Below are positions 36,212-47,304 of a stretch of DNA of 64,000 bases, piece after piece. The stretch comes from a virus. The stretch lies in IMG/VR virus record IMGVR_UViG_3300032224_000809, positions 1-64,000 of that record. One strand, 5' to 3'. Below the pieces are notes generated by a model. That model did not search any database, was not told the DNA's origin, and saw only the letters and a program-made list of their open reading frames with translations. Every line of letters starts with the position of its first letter. The first letter of the stretch is position 1. The translations under genes and the position numbers were made by a program.

Positions 36212-36831
36212 TGCAAGAACCTAATGACACAATATCAAAGAGAGTAAACTCTCCTTTTCATATAGCAGATGGAAAAGATTATATCCATATGCCACCAGCA
36301 ATAATTAATGCATATATAAAGGATGTAGTTACGCCAGACCTTAATATTGCAGTAGAGTTTGTTCCAACAATGCCTACAGATATTGATGCATTTACTGAGC
36401 AATTTCCTGGAGGGCCTTTAGGGGCACTTGGAGTATATGACAGAATGTTTAGAATGCGTAGACTTCCTTTCCCACATATAAAATGCGAACAACTTCTATA
36501 TTATTTTTATGCAAGAGAGATAACAGATTTATATGCTATTCAAGAGTTATTTCTTGAGCACTTTGATGAGGGTGTTGATTCCGCAGAAAACATCAATAGG
36601 TGGTACGCAGCAAACGCTATCAATGTGCCAGCAAAATATAGAACAAGTCTTACCTTCCATAGTTTTAAGATATACCAACTTAATGAAAGCCGAGATATTA
36701 TTGACTTTGGAACAGCAAGAACTTGGTCTGGAAATAAGATAATTATCGAGTATGACTACCATCACAAGAAGTCCGATGACCCCACATACGATCCAACCCG
36801 CCCCAATTACCTTGCCAATCGCCTCAACTAA
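36211..36831 (+). CDS. putative tail terminator
   Basis: Position immediately before the tail tube gene. Confidence 0.4.
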   Translation: MQEPNDTISKRVNSPFHIADGKDYIHMPPAIINAYIKDVVTPDLNIAVEFVPTMPTDIDAFTEQFPGGPLGALGVYDRMFRMRRLPFPHIKCEQLLYYFYAREITDLYAIQELFLEHFDEGVDSAENINRWYAANAINVPAKYRTSLTFHSFKIYQLNESRDIIDFGTARTWSGNKIIIEYDYHHKKSDDPTYDPTRPNYLANRLN

Positions 36832-36905
36832 TCGGTAAAAACACTGTTATAATTAATACGAGGAAACAAGCCCTTTATTTCATATAAAGGAAAAGGTGAA
36901 AAAAT

Positions 36906-37547
36906 ATGGCATATTCAAGAGGAAGTAACGCTAACATCATCGTTGGCGCAGCAGCGCTCTTCACATACGAAGACGGTGCCCTTACACCATCTACTTCGGT
37001 TCCAGCATTCGTGTCTGGTACAAAGTACACAGAAACTCTTTCAGCATCAGCCAACACTGCAAAGTGGCGTAACGTAGGTTATACCAGCAATGGTCTAGAA
37101 CTACAGTTCCAGCCAGATTTCGGTGAAGTTGCAGTTGATCAGGTTCTTGACGTAGCAAAGTTGTTCAAGCAAGGTATGAAGGTCAATCTAAAGACATCAT
37201 TCGCTGAAGCAACAATGGAAAACCTTCTAGTTGCATTAGCAGCAAAAGATTCTAACTTGTCTACAGTTGCGGGAAACCCAACACTTAACCTATCTGCAGG
37301 AGACTTGGGCGACGTCCCAGTTGAAGCAGGTTTAATTGCTGTCGGTCCAGGATCTGGCGACGCAGCGGTTCACAAGGAGCGTATCTACACAGCATACCGT
37401 GCACTTTCAATTGAAAGCGTAACAGTATCTGCAAAGCGTGATGCTGCTTCTATGTTTGAAGTTTCATTCCGTCTACTTCCAGATGATTCATCTGGTTCAT
37501 ACGGAAAGATTGTTGACCGTACCGTTGGTACATCAGGCCCAGCATAA
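36906..37547 (+). CDS. major tail (tube) protein
   Basis: IIVGAA, VGYTSNG.E, VDQ, EATMENL; own promoter and terminator. Confidence 0.8.
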   Translation: MAYSRGSNANIIVGAAALFTYEDGALTPSTSVPAFVSGTKYTETLSASANTAKWRNVGYTSNGLELQFQPDFGEVAVDQVLDVAKLFKQGMKVNLKTSFAEATMENLLVALAAKDSNLSTVAGNPTLNLSAGDLGDVPVEAGLIAVGPGSGDAAVHKERIYTAYRALSIESVTVSAKRDAASMFEVSFRLLPDDSSGSYGKIVDRTVGTSGPA

Positions 37548-37576
37548 TCTTCAAAATATAACTTAATAATAGAATT

Positions 37577-37609
37577 GGCCTCATCCTAACGGATGGGGCT
37601 TTTTCTTTT
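37577..37609 (+). terminator. intrinsic terminator after tail tube gene
   Basis: ggcctcatcc/ggatggggct stem plus T run. Confidence 0.75.
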
Positions 37610-37620
37610 GGTATACTTAT

Positions 37621-38304
37621 ATGATGGCAACAAAAATATATGAATCGGGACAAGTAGAATTACTAAATGGAGTTATAGTTGAAGCAGTACCATTAAAGAT
37701 AAAATATTTAAGAGAGTTAATGGATGCTTTTGAACTTGTTAAAAATTCTGATGGTGATGATGAGGCAATGACTAATCTTGCTTTATGTGCTTCTATAGCA
37801 TTAAAACAATACTGCCCAGAGTTTTATCCAGAGGCAGAAGATATATGCAATATGCCAATTGTGTACAAACTCCTCAACTATGCTGCAGGTATTAAAGTAA
37901 ATAAAGATTCAGAAGAATCTGTAAAAAAGCAAGCAGTTGATAGTGGATCTTCTTGGGAAGAATTAGATTTAGCAAAGATAGAATCAGAAGTATTTTTGCT
38001 GGGGATCTGGAAAGATTATCTAGAACTAGAAAAATCAATGTCTATGCCAGAGATACTTGCAACTCTCAGTGTTAAAAGAGAATTAGATCATAACGAAAAA
38101 AAATTTATAGCAGCAATGCAAGGAGTGGATTTAGATGCTGGCTCTGGTGGCGGTCAGCAAGAATGGGAAGACATGAAGGCCAGAGTATTCAGTAAAGGTC
38201 AGGCAGTTGATGGAAATGACATTCTTGCATATCAAGGTGCAACTGCATCAAAGGCAGGGTTTGGTGTCGGTATGGGCATAGATTACGAAATTGTAGAGGG
38301 CTAA
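37621..38304 (+). CDS. tail assembly chaperone, long (GT-like) form
   Basis: N-terminal ~90 aa homologous to 38359..38688, followed by an extra ~130 aa. Confidence 0.65.
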   Translation: MMATKIYESGQVELLNGVIVEAVPLKIKYLRELMDAFELVKNSDGDDEAMTNLALCASIALKQYCPEFYPEAEDICNMPIVYKLLNYAAGIKVNKDSEESVKKQAVDSGSSWEELDLAKIESEVFLLGIWKDYLELEKSMSMPEILATLSVKRELDHNEKKFIAAMQGVDLDAGSGGGQQEWEDMKARVFSKGQAVDGNDILAYQGATASKAGFGVGMGIDYEIVEG

Positions 38305-38358
38305 AAAAACACGCTTGCTGTGGTATAATTAATTTAACAATCCACAGGAGGAAATACT

Positions 38359-38688
38359 ATGGCAGACAAAGCCACAACAGATAAAAAGCACGTAGTTTTA
38401 ATTGACGGTACAAAGGTAACAGTACAACCACTAAAGATTTCACTACTAAAGCCATTCATGCAGAAGTTCCAAGAACTAAGCACAGTGGCAGATAACAATG
38501 AAAAGTCTATGGACATTCTTCTCGATTGCGTACAAATCGCATTCAAGCAGTACAATCCAGAACTCGCAGACGATAGAGCAGCACTAGAAGAAAACATCGA
38601 CCTACCTACAGTATACGAAGTAGTAGATGCAGCCTCTGGAATCCAACTTGCTGATCCAACTGCATTAGTTAATTCTTTAACTAAGTAA
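38359..38688 (+). CDS. tail assembly chaperone, short (G-like) form
   Basis: Between tail tube and tape measure; PLKI..L..FM...IA.KQY.PE...P.VY. Confidence 0.7.
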   Translation: MADKATTDKKHVVLIDGTKVTVQPLKISLLKPFMQKFQELSTVADNNEKSMDILLDCVQIAFKQYNPELADDRAALEENIDLPTVYEVVDAASGIQLADPTALVNSLTK

Positions 38689-38715
38689 AAACAATGTAAA
38701 GAGGTGGAATGAAAC

Positions 38716-41700
38716 GTGTCTGATGTAAATGCTAATATAGGCATACATTTTGATACGGCCACGGCTCTTTCAGAATTAAGAAGGCTTCAGGCTGGTCTAA
38801 GCAAGTTTAACCAATCCTTAACACAAGGAAACATTGCTGCTGAAAATGCACAAAAGGGTTTAAACAGTCAACTCATTCAGTCGATTAATCAAACTGGAAA
38901 GTTTATTGCTAGCCAAAAGGATGTCCATACATCTACTGCAGCCTTCACCTCTGCGCTGGAAAAGAACCAGTTAAGCCTTAAACAATACTTTAGATATACC
39001 GCTGCAGCCACCTCATTAAACAGTAATGTCTTAAAAAACTTTTTTGCTCAAGAAAAAGAAATTCTTCAACGTGCAAGTAAAGATAGAGTAAAGACTCTTC
39101 AAAGCCAGTATATCCAGTTAACAAATGCTAATGGTCAATTAGTAAAAACTCTTCAGGTAATGCCAAAGCATCTACAGATGACTGGTGGAGCATACACAGA
39201 TTATGCAACACGAATACAAATGGCTGCACAAAGACAACAGTTCTTGAATCAACTATTAAAGCAGGGTTCAACACAACTACTAAACTTTGGTAAAAATACT
39301 CAATGGGCAGGCCGTCAGTTGATGGTTGGTTTAACAATTCCTTTGACAATGCTTGGATCATTTGCTGCTAAAACATTTAAAGAGATGGAAGAGGCAACTG
39401 TAAAGTTCCAGCGTGTATATGGAGATATGGCAACAAGCGTTGCAGAAACAGACAAGGCTGTTGCTGGAATTAAAAGACTTGCTAGCGAGTTCACAAAGTA
39501 TGGTGTTGCAGTAAAAGATACAATGAACATGGCTGCAGATGCAGCAGCAGCAGGTTATTCTGGCGCAGCCCTTACCGCTCAAGTAACGCAGGCAACTAGA
39601 CTTGCAGTTCTTGGTCAAGTGGATCAACAGCAAGCATTAGAAACAACTATTTCTTTACAGAATGCCTTTGGAATATCTTCTGAACAATTAGCAACCAAGA
39701 TTAACTTCCTCAACGCTGTAGAAAACCAAACAGTTTTGTCTATTGAAGATTTAACTATTGCAATTCCAAAAGCAGCCCCTGTTGTAAAACAACTTGGAGG
39801 ATCTGTTGAAGACCTAGCCTTCTTCCTTACAGCAATGAAGGAAGGTGGAATCAACGCATCAGAAGGTGCCAACGCACTTAAGTCTGGCCTTGCAGCAATG
39901 ATCAATCCTTCTAAGAAAGCATCAGATATGCTTGCTGGTCTTGGAATTAATATTAAGGGAATTGTTAATAATAATGCGGGGGATTTAAAAGGCACCGTAG
40001 TAGGATTTGCAAGAGCACTAGATACACTAGATCCTCTTAACCGTGCTAAAGCAATTGAGCAGATGTTTGGCAAGTTCCAGTTTGCCCGTCTATCAACATT
40101 ATTCCAGAACATAACAAAAGATGGCAGTCAGGCTTCTAGAGCACTAGGTTTGGCAGGTGCTTCTATGGAAGAGTTAGCAATCTTGGCAGAGCGAGAAACA
40201 GCAAAGATTGAAAATGCAACTGGTAAGAAATTCCAAAAAGCAATTGAAGATATGAAGGTTCAGTTGATGCCTTTGGGTAAGGCATTCCTTGAGGCTGCAA
40301 CTCCTATTGTAAAATTTGTTGGAAATATATTAGAAAAATTTAATAACCTAAGCGATGGAACAAAAAAGATCATAACAACTATCGTTGGAGTGGTTGGAGG
40401 TTTGGCCCCAGTAGCACTTATGGCATTTGGTTTACTTGCTAACGGAACTGCAAACGTAATCAAGTTCTTTGCAATGCTTCGTGGAGGAATGGCAAAACTT
40501 AATGGACAAAGCAACGTCCTTGGTGCAGGCTTTGACTATATGACTCAGCAACAGATCGAAAGTCTTGCTCAGTCTAATGCCCTTCATACATCACATCAAA
40601 AATTAATTGAAACATTTAATGTTGAAGCAGGAGCAGCAAATGCACTAGCAGCAGCATATGGAAATGCAGCATCACAAGCAAGAGCACTCTCAATGTCCTC
40701 TCCAGGATTGTTTAATGCAGCACCAGGAGCAGCAGGGGCAACATCAGGTCTTTCTCCAAGAAAGAAATATGCAGAAGGTGTATTTAGTGTTCCAGGATCA
40801 GGAACTGGAGATACTGTTCCAGCAATGCTGACTCCAGGAGAAACAGTTGTATCAAAAAAGAATACAGATAAATATGGACCACTTCTTAAAGCAATTGGAA
40901 ATGATTCTGTTCCAGGATATGCAAATGCAGGAATGGTTGGTGCAGATGGACAAAGAATTTCATTTAATGGTCAGAGTTATGAAATACCAAATAGATCAAC
41001 ACCACAAAGCGCTAACCTTGCATTAATTTCAGAACTATCTAAGTTTAGCAAGGATGTAGAGGGTGTCTCTCGTGTATTAAAAATGCTTGAAGCCCAAGCC
41101 AAAATAGCAGGGGATGGATTTAAAAAATTATCTGGGGAAACAATAAAGACTATTCTCGAACAAGAAGGTGTATTAAGAAATAGACCAAAGGGAACTTCTG
41201 CAACAACGTACAATGGAGAAAATTATGTGTTTGCACATGGACAGTCTCCTGGCGCCCCAATAAGAGATCCACAAGAATTGCAAAGACTTGCAGATATGGC
41301 AACATCAAAAACATCTGGAGTTGGAAAACACCTACAGTCTTCGGCAGATGCTGCTAAGGCAGGAGATCCAAACGGATATGCTAGACAGTTTAGCAACTTT
41401 GGATTTATGCTACCAGAAAAAGCAAACAAGGGACAAATGTCCCCTACAGATCTTGCATCTAAATTTGGTGGAAAAGATATGGCAGTCACCATGGCCCCAA
41501 TGTATGATCAGTATGCAAGGTCAATGGGTATGTCACTTGAAGAAGCACTTAATAATCCTGCTGTCGCTGCACAAATGCATACAGACATGCAAACATTTGC
41601 AAGTAGAATTTCAAGCGAAGTTTCAAAAATTCCAACAGAGTTTGTTAATGATCCAGAATTTTACGCAGCAGTAAAGCAAGCACAATCCCAACTTGGAGAT

Positions 41701-44700
41701 TCTGTTAGTGGAATGATGAAACAGGCAATTGCTGATGCTAAAGCAACTTCTGTTGTTGGAACATTTGGTGGAGAAGCAAACCGTGGATCAGAAGGACAAA
41801 GAATATCTTTGGCAGGAAAAGAAACAGCATTAAGAACAGAGTTAGGGGCTTCATCAAACGCAAAGCCATACAGAAAGAGAAACCCAGAATTTGTAAAAGC
41901 ATCAACAGAGATTAGTGATGCACTCGATAAAGACTTAACAAGAGCAGAAAAGCAAATTGCTCAAACAGCATCTCCATCAAAGAGAACTAAGAAACTAGGG
42001 CAAGATATTGGAGATGGTTTATCTCAAGGTCTTGCCTCAAAGGCTAGTGCTGTATCAGCACAGTCAGATAAATTAAAGAAGGCTGCAAAAGTTGATACAG
42101 GTAATAAACAGTTCTATGATGATATTAATACTCCAGATATGAGAGACCAAAGACAGGTCCTTAAATCTCTTGATAGAAGAAGAAGAGATGGCAAGGGGTC
42201 ACTATCTTCTGGCGCAGGCTCAGGCGGAATTGATAAAACATCTGCAACATTAACATTACAGATGGGCAAACTTTCTAAAGCAACTGGGGATTCACTAGAG
42301 GCACAGAGAAGACATCAAGATAACATAGTAACAGCGTCAGATCTTGCTAAAGCAACAGCAAACAGTTCACAACAAATTGCTAATGCAGCAGATCAAACAG
42401 CAAATGCACAACAAAACTCATCAATGCTTGCAGATCAAATTTCAAAGAAAGATCGTGAAATTCTTGCAGAGAAAGAAAAAGAACTTGCTGCACTTCGTGC
42501 AAAAATTAACTCATCAGCATCACAATCTCAAAACCTTGATACCAGAATGACAAAAGAACAAGCGCTCAAAGAAGCCTCTGGATATGCTCGTGAAGATGGC
42601 AAAGTATTTATTGATCCAGGTACAGGCGACCCAATGGACAAGAAAACATACAACAAGATGAAGCGTGGTATGCGTAGAGAAAAGGTTGGAAAGTTCTCTG
42701 GTAAGGCTGCAGGAGGCCTAGGAATTGCCACTATGGTTGCAGGCGCAGTGGGGGCACCACCAGCAGTAACAGGAGCACTTGGAGCAGCATCCACAGTTGC
42801 ATCTATTGCCCCAGCCCTAGCAGGTATGGGACCAGTTGGTTGGACTGTTGCAGGAATAGCAGCACTTGGTGCTGGAGCATATATGCTAAATAAACATTTT
42901 GAAAATGCAGCAAAAGAAACTGCAAAATTTGTAACTGCAACATCTGCTACATCTGATTTAATGAAAAAGATTGGTCAAGAAACTGGTCTTGTTGGTGCAT
43001 CTGAAATTATGAATAAGAGAAGAGGAAATGGACTCCTCTCTGGATATAATGAAGCAGCACGTAAAGGAACCATGGAGGGCGAGAAGTTTATGGGGTCTGC
43101 AACTGGTAAAGAGTTGACAGCCACATATACAAAGAACGCAAATCAAAATGGTTCAGAAGTAGCAGCACAACAGTTTGCAATGCAGTTGGCAGCAGCCGTT
43201 TCTGATGGAACAATGAGTGCAGATCTTGCAAGTCAGGTTGCATATCAACTAGGAGTTAACCTAAAAGACTCTAGTATTTCTATGAAAGTTGATGGACAAT
43301 TAAGAAATCTCATTGGACCAAATGGAGAAGATTTAACAAGAGATCCATTAACAGTTAGAACACGTCTTGCAGTTATTGCAGGAGCAAGATCTGGTCAAAT
43401 AGTTAATGGTCTAGATGAGGCTTTAGCAAAGGGCAATAGTGGAAGAACTGAAGCAGCAGCCCTTGCAGCAGCAGGAACAAACGCAGTTGAGATGGCCCAG
43501 ATGCAAGCCGATGGAATGGCAAGATATTATGAAGATCAATTAAAATCTTTGACAGCACAACGTGCAGCAACTACCGATAAAGCAAAACAGTTAGAACTTG
43601 ATACCCAAATTAAAGCAATGCAGGATAAACAAATAGCGGGTATGGAAACAATGAATAGGCTTGTTTCTGCTCAGATTGCAAAGCAAGAAGCATTTGTAGC
43701 AGATAAGGTAATTGGAGCATACACTGGAACAGCAAAAGAAGATGCATATTTTGATGCAAATAAGGCTGATGTAAAAGCAAAGTATAAAGGTACAGCATAT
43801 GAGGCATCGGCACAAAGAGTGCTTAATGTTGGTGCACGTGCCGATGAAGATAAATCTTTTGGCAGCGTAAAGGCTGGTAGAGTATTTGAAGCAAAAATTC
43901 AAATGCTTATGGCTTCTGGTCAGTTGAATCCTAATCAAATGGAAACAATGCTAAAAATATTTGATGGCAATCTTGCAAGCATGGATGTTGCTTTAAATGT
44001 TGGAATTAGAAAACAGGGCGCTACAAAGGTAGCAGAACTTACATCTCTCCTCTCTGGAATGAAAAATAAAACAACAGCGCAAAGTATTGTTTTAAATATG
44101 GTTAGAAAGAGTCCAGCAGAGTTTGATAGAGTTGGCAAGGCTCTAGCATTACTTCAAGCCTCTGATGGCCTAGAGGTAGATATGAGCGCTTACATAGATA
44201 CAGTTGGTTTACCAGGTCTTGAAAAACTTGCAAAAAATCTTGATCTAATTGAAGCAATGAAAACCCCTATTACAAAAGAAGCAGTTATTCAATTTGGAAA
44301 AGATACATTAACTAATATGCAGGGGGTTATTGACAATTGGGACTATTTTAGTAAATTAAAAGACCCAGTACAAAAAGAAGCCATTCAAACATACACAACA
44401 CTTTATGATACTTTAATACATTTTGAAAATGAAGATGCACGTCGTGCTTGGGCAGATAAAATGGCAAAAGACGAAGCAGGCCTGTATGGTAAACCAGGTT
44501 CAACTGAATATACAACTGTCTATAATACTAAGTTTAATGCGTTAACTTCTGGAACACTTAATGATCCAGCAGCAGCAGCAAAACTTGCTTTTGATATGGA
44601 TCAGGCAAAATACGGAAAAGATCCTGTAATTGCTTCAAAGCCTGCAGGTCCAGCAACCGACACTGGCTCAGGTAATAAACCAGCAGACCCATATGCAGAT

Positions 44701-47304
44701 TTACTCAAGAGACTTAAAGAGGTTCGCCTTGCTTCTATAGATGCAGAAGGTGGAATCAAGGCTTTAAATAAGGCACTTCTAGCAGCAAAGAAGGGCGGTA
44801 TTGGAGATGCATATAAGGGTATTAAAGAGCAAATGCTTGACCTTGGAAAGAACTCACAATTCATGGACTTTATTAATGGTCTTGATCCAAAAGAACAAGC
44901 AAAGTTTATGCGTACAGCCAAAGCGGGAACTGGCAAGAATAAAGGTAAAGCAATTGACCCATTCACTGGTAAGGTTATTAAAGATGGAAAAGTTGGAGAT
45001 GTTGTATTTAGTAAGAATGCACAATCAGTAGAGGCTGGACTTAATAAAGCAATCACTGGAGATTTTATTGTTGCACAAAAATCAATCATTAAAAATTTTA
45101 ATGAACAAGAAATTGTAACAAAGAAGTTGGCTGCACTTGGAATGTCTAATACTGAAATTCAACAAGTACTTTCAGATGAAGCAATGACAACAGTTATTGC
45201 CACTGGTAAGATTACAGACAAAGAACTGCAAACAAATATAGCACTAGAAAAACAAAGAGTTGCACGAGAGAAGATTAATGAATTAATTAATACTGGCAAG
45301 GCTGCAATTGAAGAACAAAATAACAATGCAAAGATTCCACAAGTCTTAGAGTTCTTTGCTAAGAATGGCCCAGCCATGTCTCCAAAGGCATTAAACTCTT
45401 TGATCTCAGATCCAAAATCTCTTGCAGCAGCCATCGCAGCAATGGAAGAATATGGAACAGATTCAGAAAAGGCTAAAGAACATGTTGAAGGAATTGTAAA
45501 GGGCCTAGAAGCAGTACAAGCAAATTCAACAATTAAGATTGCACTTGAATATGCAAATTCTGATTTAAAGGGCAAGGCTACAAAGGGTCTTGAGGCTGCA
45601 CAAAAGATTATGAATGTTAGAAAAACTGCATACTCTAACATGTCAATAAACGAATTACGCAAGGCTCAGACATCAGATAACACTGCTCTTGGTGGAAAGG
45701 CTTCTTGGAATGTTGGAGAGGCTGGATATCAAGCAGCAATTTCAAAATCTGGAGCATTAGGTGGCGTGGCTCCAGGAGAAGCAATGATGGGTAAGTCGTT
45801 GGCAAGTATTCAAAAATCTCGTGCATCACTGGCACAAGCAATTGGTGTTGCAACAGCACGAACAAGTGCACTTGAATCACAACTTACAGTAGCCCAGAAT
45901 AAACTTTCTAAAGACTTAGAGGCAAACGCCAAAAAATATGAAGGTTTCATTAAGACACAAGAAGATGATATTAAAAGAAAACAAGACTTTATCAAGAAAA
46001 ACTTTGAAGATCCAGCAAAGGCTTTGGGTGTTGAGTCTAATAAGATTTCAAATGATCTTGCGGTCATGTCTCATGCAGCGGATGAAATTAATAAGAAATA
46101 TGATGCTCAGGCAGAAGCCCTTGCAAATGTTCAGCGTATTAATGAAAACATAATTAGACAACAGCAACAACAATTAGGTCTTGCAGATGCGCTTTCATCT
46201 GGAGACATCGCAGCAGCAGCCAAGGCAGCACAAGATATGAGGGCAGCAGATGCTGCCAACTATGCTGGTGGAGTATCTTCTGCAATGGATCAAGCACGTA
46301 ATAATGAAATTAAAAATCTTAAAAATAGTTCTGGTCAAAATCAAGAGCAATTACAAGAAAGACAATATCAAATTTCTCAAGAATTATTTGCACTTGAAAC
46401 AGACCCACGAAGAGTTGCTGCTGAAAAGGCAATTGAAGATGCACAGGCTTCTATTGCAAAATATCAACAGGATCAAATTGATGAGGCTGCTGCATTACAA
46501 ACTGCATTTGATAAATTAAATGCAACTATAGTTAAACAACTTGCTGATCAAAAAGACATTGTTGACAATTTACAGGCGCAGGATGCACAACTTGCATTAG
46601 AAGAAATATCTGCTCAAGCAGTTGTAGATCAAATTGTTGCTATGGATGACAGTTCTGGTCATACACTTTCAGAGTGGGAAGATATAGTTGCAAAGATGGA
46701 CGAAGGAGACCCGCTAGCAGAAGCGTATGCAGTAGCCATGGAAGCAGCAGCAGATTCAGCGCTAAGCAATAAGCAGAGTTGGGTTTCAATTCTTGACACT
46801 ATGAACAAAATTCCTAAGAGCCTATACACAAAACATGTTTATGATGAAATCCACAATATAACAAACTATGTTACTAACTATGTAACAAGTGTTTCTTCTG
46901 GCTCATCAGGAAGTAGTGGCTCATCAGGAAGTAGTGGCTCATCAGGAAGTGGATCGGGAAGTTCTGGCGGTGGGGGCAGGGGGTCTTCCTATCTTTACTC
47001 ATCTGGTGGTATGATTCCAAGATATTTTGCTAAGGGTGGATTTAATATGTTGCCTATTGGAACTGATACAATTCCAGCAATGTTAAGTCCTGGAGAATTT
47101 GTTGTAAGTAAGTTTGCAGTAGATAACTTTGGAGCAGATAAACTAAAGTCAATAAATTCTGGTAATACAGACCTTGGCTCAGTGTATAATTATAACCTAA
47201 GCGTTAATGTTAAATCTGATGCAAATCCAAATGATATAGCCCAGACAATCATTGAACAAATTAGGCAAGTAGATAATCAAAGAATTAGGAGCAACAGACT
47301 ATAA
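38716..47304 (+). CDS. tape measure protein, 2862 aa
   Basis: Ala-rich helical; TP901-type core (GINASEGANALKS); two PAML(T/S)PGE motifs. Confidence 0.92.
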   Translation: MSDVNANIGIHFDTATALSELRRLQAGLSKFNQSLTQGNIAAENAQKGLNSQLIQSINQTGKFIASQKDVHTSTAAFTSALEKNQLSLKQYFRYTAAATSLNSNVLKNFFAQEKEILQRASKDRVKTLQSQYIQLTNANGQLVKTLQVMPKHLQMTGGAYTDYATRIQMAAQRQQFLNQLLKQGSTQLLNFGKNTQWAGRQLMVGLTIPLTMLGSFAAKTFKEMEEATVKFQRVYGDMATSVAETDKAVAGIKRLASEFTKYGVAVKDTMNMAADAAAAGYSGAALTAQVTQATRLAVLGQVDQQQALETTISLQNAFGISSEQLATKINFLNAVENQTVLSIEDLTIAIPKAAPVVKQLGGSVEDLAFFLTAMKEGGINASEGANALKSGLAAMINPSKKASDMLAGLGINIKGIVNNNAGDLKGTVVGFARALDTLDPLNRAKAIEQMFGKFQFARLSTLFQNITKDGSQASRALGLAGASMEELAILAERETAKIENATGKKFQKAIEDMKVQLMPLGKAFLEAATPIVKFVGNILEKFNNLSDGTKKIITTIVGVVGGLAPVALMAFGLLANGTANVIKFFAMLRGGMAKLNGQSNVLGAGFDYMTQQQIESLAQSNALHTSHQKLIETFNVEAGAANALAAAYGNAASQARALSMSSPGLFNAAPGAAGATSGLSPRKKYAEGVFSVPGSGTGDTVPAMLTPGETVVSKKNTDKYGPLLKAIGNDSVPGYANAGMVGADGQRISFNGQSYEIPNRSTPQSANLALISELSKFSKDVEGVSRVLKMLEAQAKIAGDGFKKLSGETIKTILEQEGVLRNRPKGTSATTYNGENYVFAHGQSPGAPIRDPQELQRLADMATSKTSGVGKHLQSSADAAKAGDPNGYARQFSNFGFMLPEKANKGQMSPTDLASKFGGKDMAVTMAPMYDQYARSMGMSLEEALNNPAVAAQMHTDMQTFASRISSEVSKIPTEFVNDPEFYAAVKQAQSQLGDSVSGMMKQAIADAKATSVVGTFGGEANRGSEGQRISLAGKETALRTELGASSNAKPYRKRNPEFVKASTEISDALDKDLTRAEKQIAQTASPSKRTKKLGQDIGDGLSQGLASKASAVSAQSDKLKKAAKVDTGNKQFYDDINTPDMRDQRQVLKSLDRRRRDGKGSLSSGAGSGGIDKTSATLTLQMGKLSKATGDSLEAQRRHQDNIVTASDLAKATANSSQQIANAADQTANAQQNSSMLADQISKKDREILAEKEKELAALRAKINSSASQSQNLDTRMTKEQALKEASGYAREDGKVFIDPGTGDPMDKKTYNKMKRGMRREKVGKFSGKAAGGLGIATMVAGAVGAPPAVTGALGAASTVASIAPALAGMGPVGWTVAGIAALGAGAYMLNKHFENAAKETAKFVTATSATSDLMKKIGQETGLVGASEIMNKRRGNGLLSGYNEAARKGTMEGEKFMGSATGKELTATYTKNANQNGSEVAAQQFAMQLAAAVSDGTMSADLASQVAYQLGVNLKDSSISMKVDGQLRNLIGPNGEDLTRDPLTVRTRLAVIAGARSGQIVNGLDEALAKGNSGRTEAAALAAAGTNAVEMAQMQADGMARYYEDQLKSLTAQRAATTDKAKQLELDTQIKAMQDKQIAGMETMNRLVSAQIAKQEAFVADKVIGAYTGTAKEDAYFDANKADVKAKYKGTAYEASAQRVLNVGARADEDKSFGSVKAGRVFEAKIQMLMASGQLNPNQMETMLKIFDGNLASMDVALNVGIRKQGATKVAELTSLLSGMKNKTTAQSIVLNMVRKSPAEFDRVGKALALLQASDGLEVDMSAYIDTVGLPGLEKLAKNLDLIEAMKTPITKEAVIQFGKDTLTNMQGVIDNWDYFSKLKDPVQKEAIQTYTTLYDTLIHFENEDARRAWADKMAKDEAGLYGKPGSTEYTTVYNTKFNALTSGTLNDPAAAAKLAFDMDQAKYGKDPVIASKPAGPATDTGSGNKPADPYADLLKRLKEVRLASIDAEGGIKALNKALLAAKKGGIGDAYKGIKEQMLDLGKNSQFMDFINGLDPKEQAKFMRTAKAGTGKNKGKAIDPFTGKVIKDGKVGDVVFSKNAQSVEAGLNKAITGDFIVAQKSIIKNFNEQEIVTKKLAALGMSNTEIQQVLSDEAMTTVIATGKITDKELQTNIALEKQRVAREKINELINTGKAAIEEQNNNAKIPQVLEFFAKNGPAMSPKALNSLISDPKSLAAAIAAMEEYGTDSEKAKEHVEGIVKGLEAVQANSTIKIALEYANSDLKGKATKGLEAAQKIMNVRKTAYSNMSINELRKAQTSDNTALGGKASWNVGEAGYQAAISKSGALGGVAPGEAMMGKSLASIQKSRASLAQAIGVATARTSALESQLTVAQNKLSKDLEANAKKYEGFIKTQEDDIKRKQDFIKKNFEDPAKALGVESNKISNDLAVMSHAADEINKKYDAQAEALANVQRINENIIRQQQQQLGLADALSSGDIAAAAKAAQDMRAADAANYAGGVSSAMDQARNNEIKNLKNSSGQNQEQLQERQYQISQELFALETDPRRVAAEKAIEDAQASIAKYQQDQIDEAAALQTAFDKLNATIVKQLADQKDIVDNLQAQDAQLALEEISAQAVVDQIVAMDDSSGHTLSEWEDIVAKMDEGDPLAEAYAVAMEAAADSALSNKQSWVSILDTMNKIPKSLYTKHVYDEIHNITNYVTNYVTSVSSGSSGSSGSSGSSGSSGSGSGSSGGGGRGSSYLYSSGGMIPRYFAKGGFNMLPIGTDTIPAMLSPGEFVVSKFAVDNFGADKLKSINSGNTDLGSVYNYNLSVNVKSDANPNDIAQTIIEQIRQVDNQRIRSNRL
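46899..46950 (+). repeat. 18-bp tandem repeat x3 encoding a GSS linker in the TMP
   Basis: tggctcatcaggaagtag units. Confidence 0.9.
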
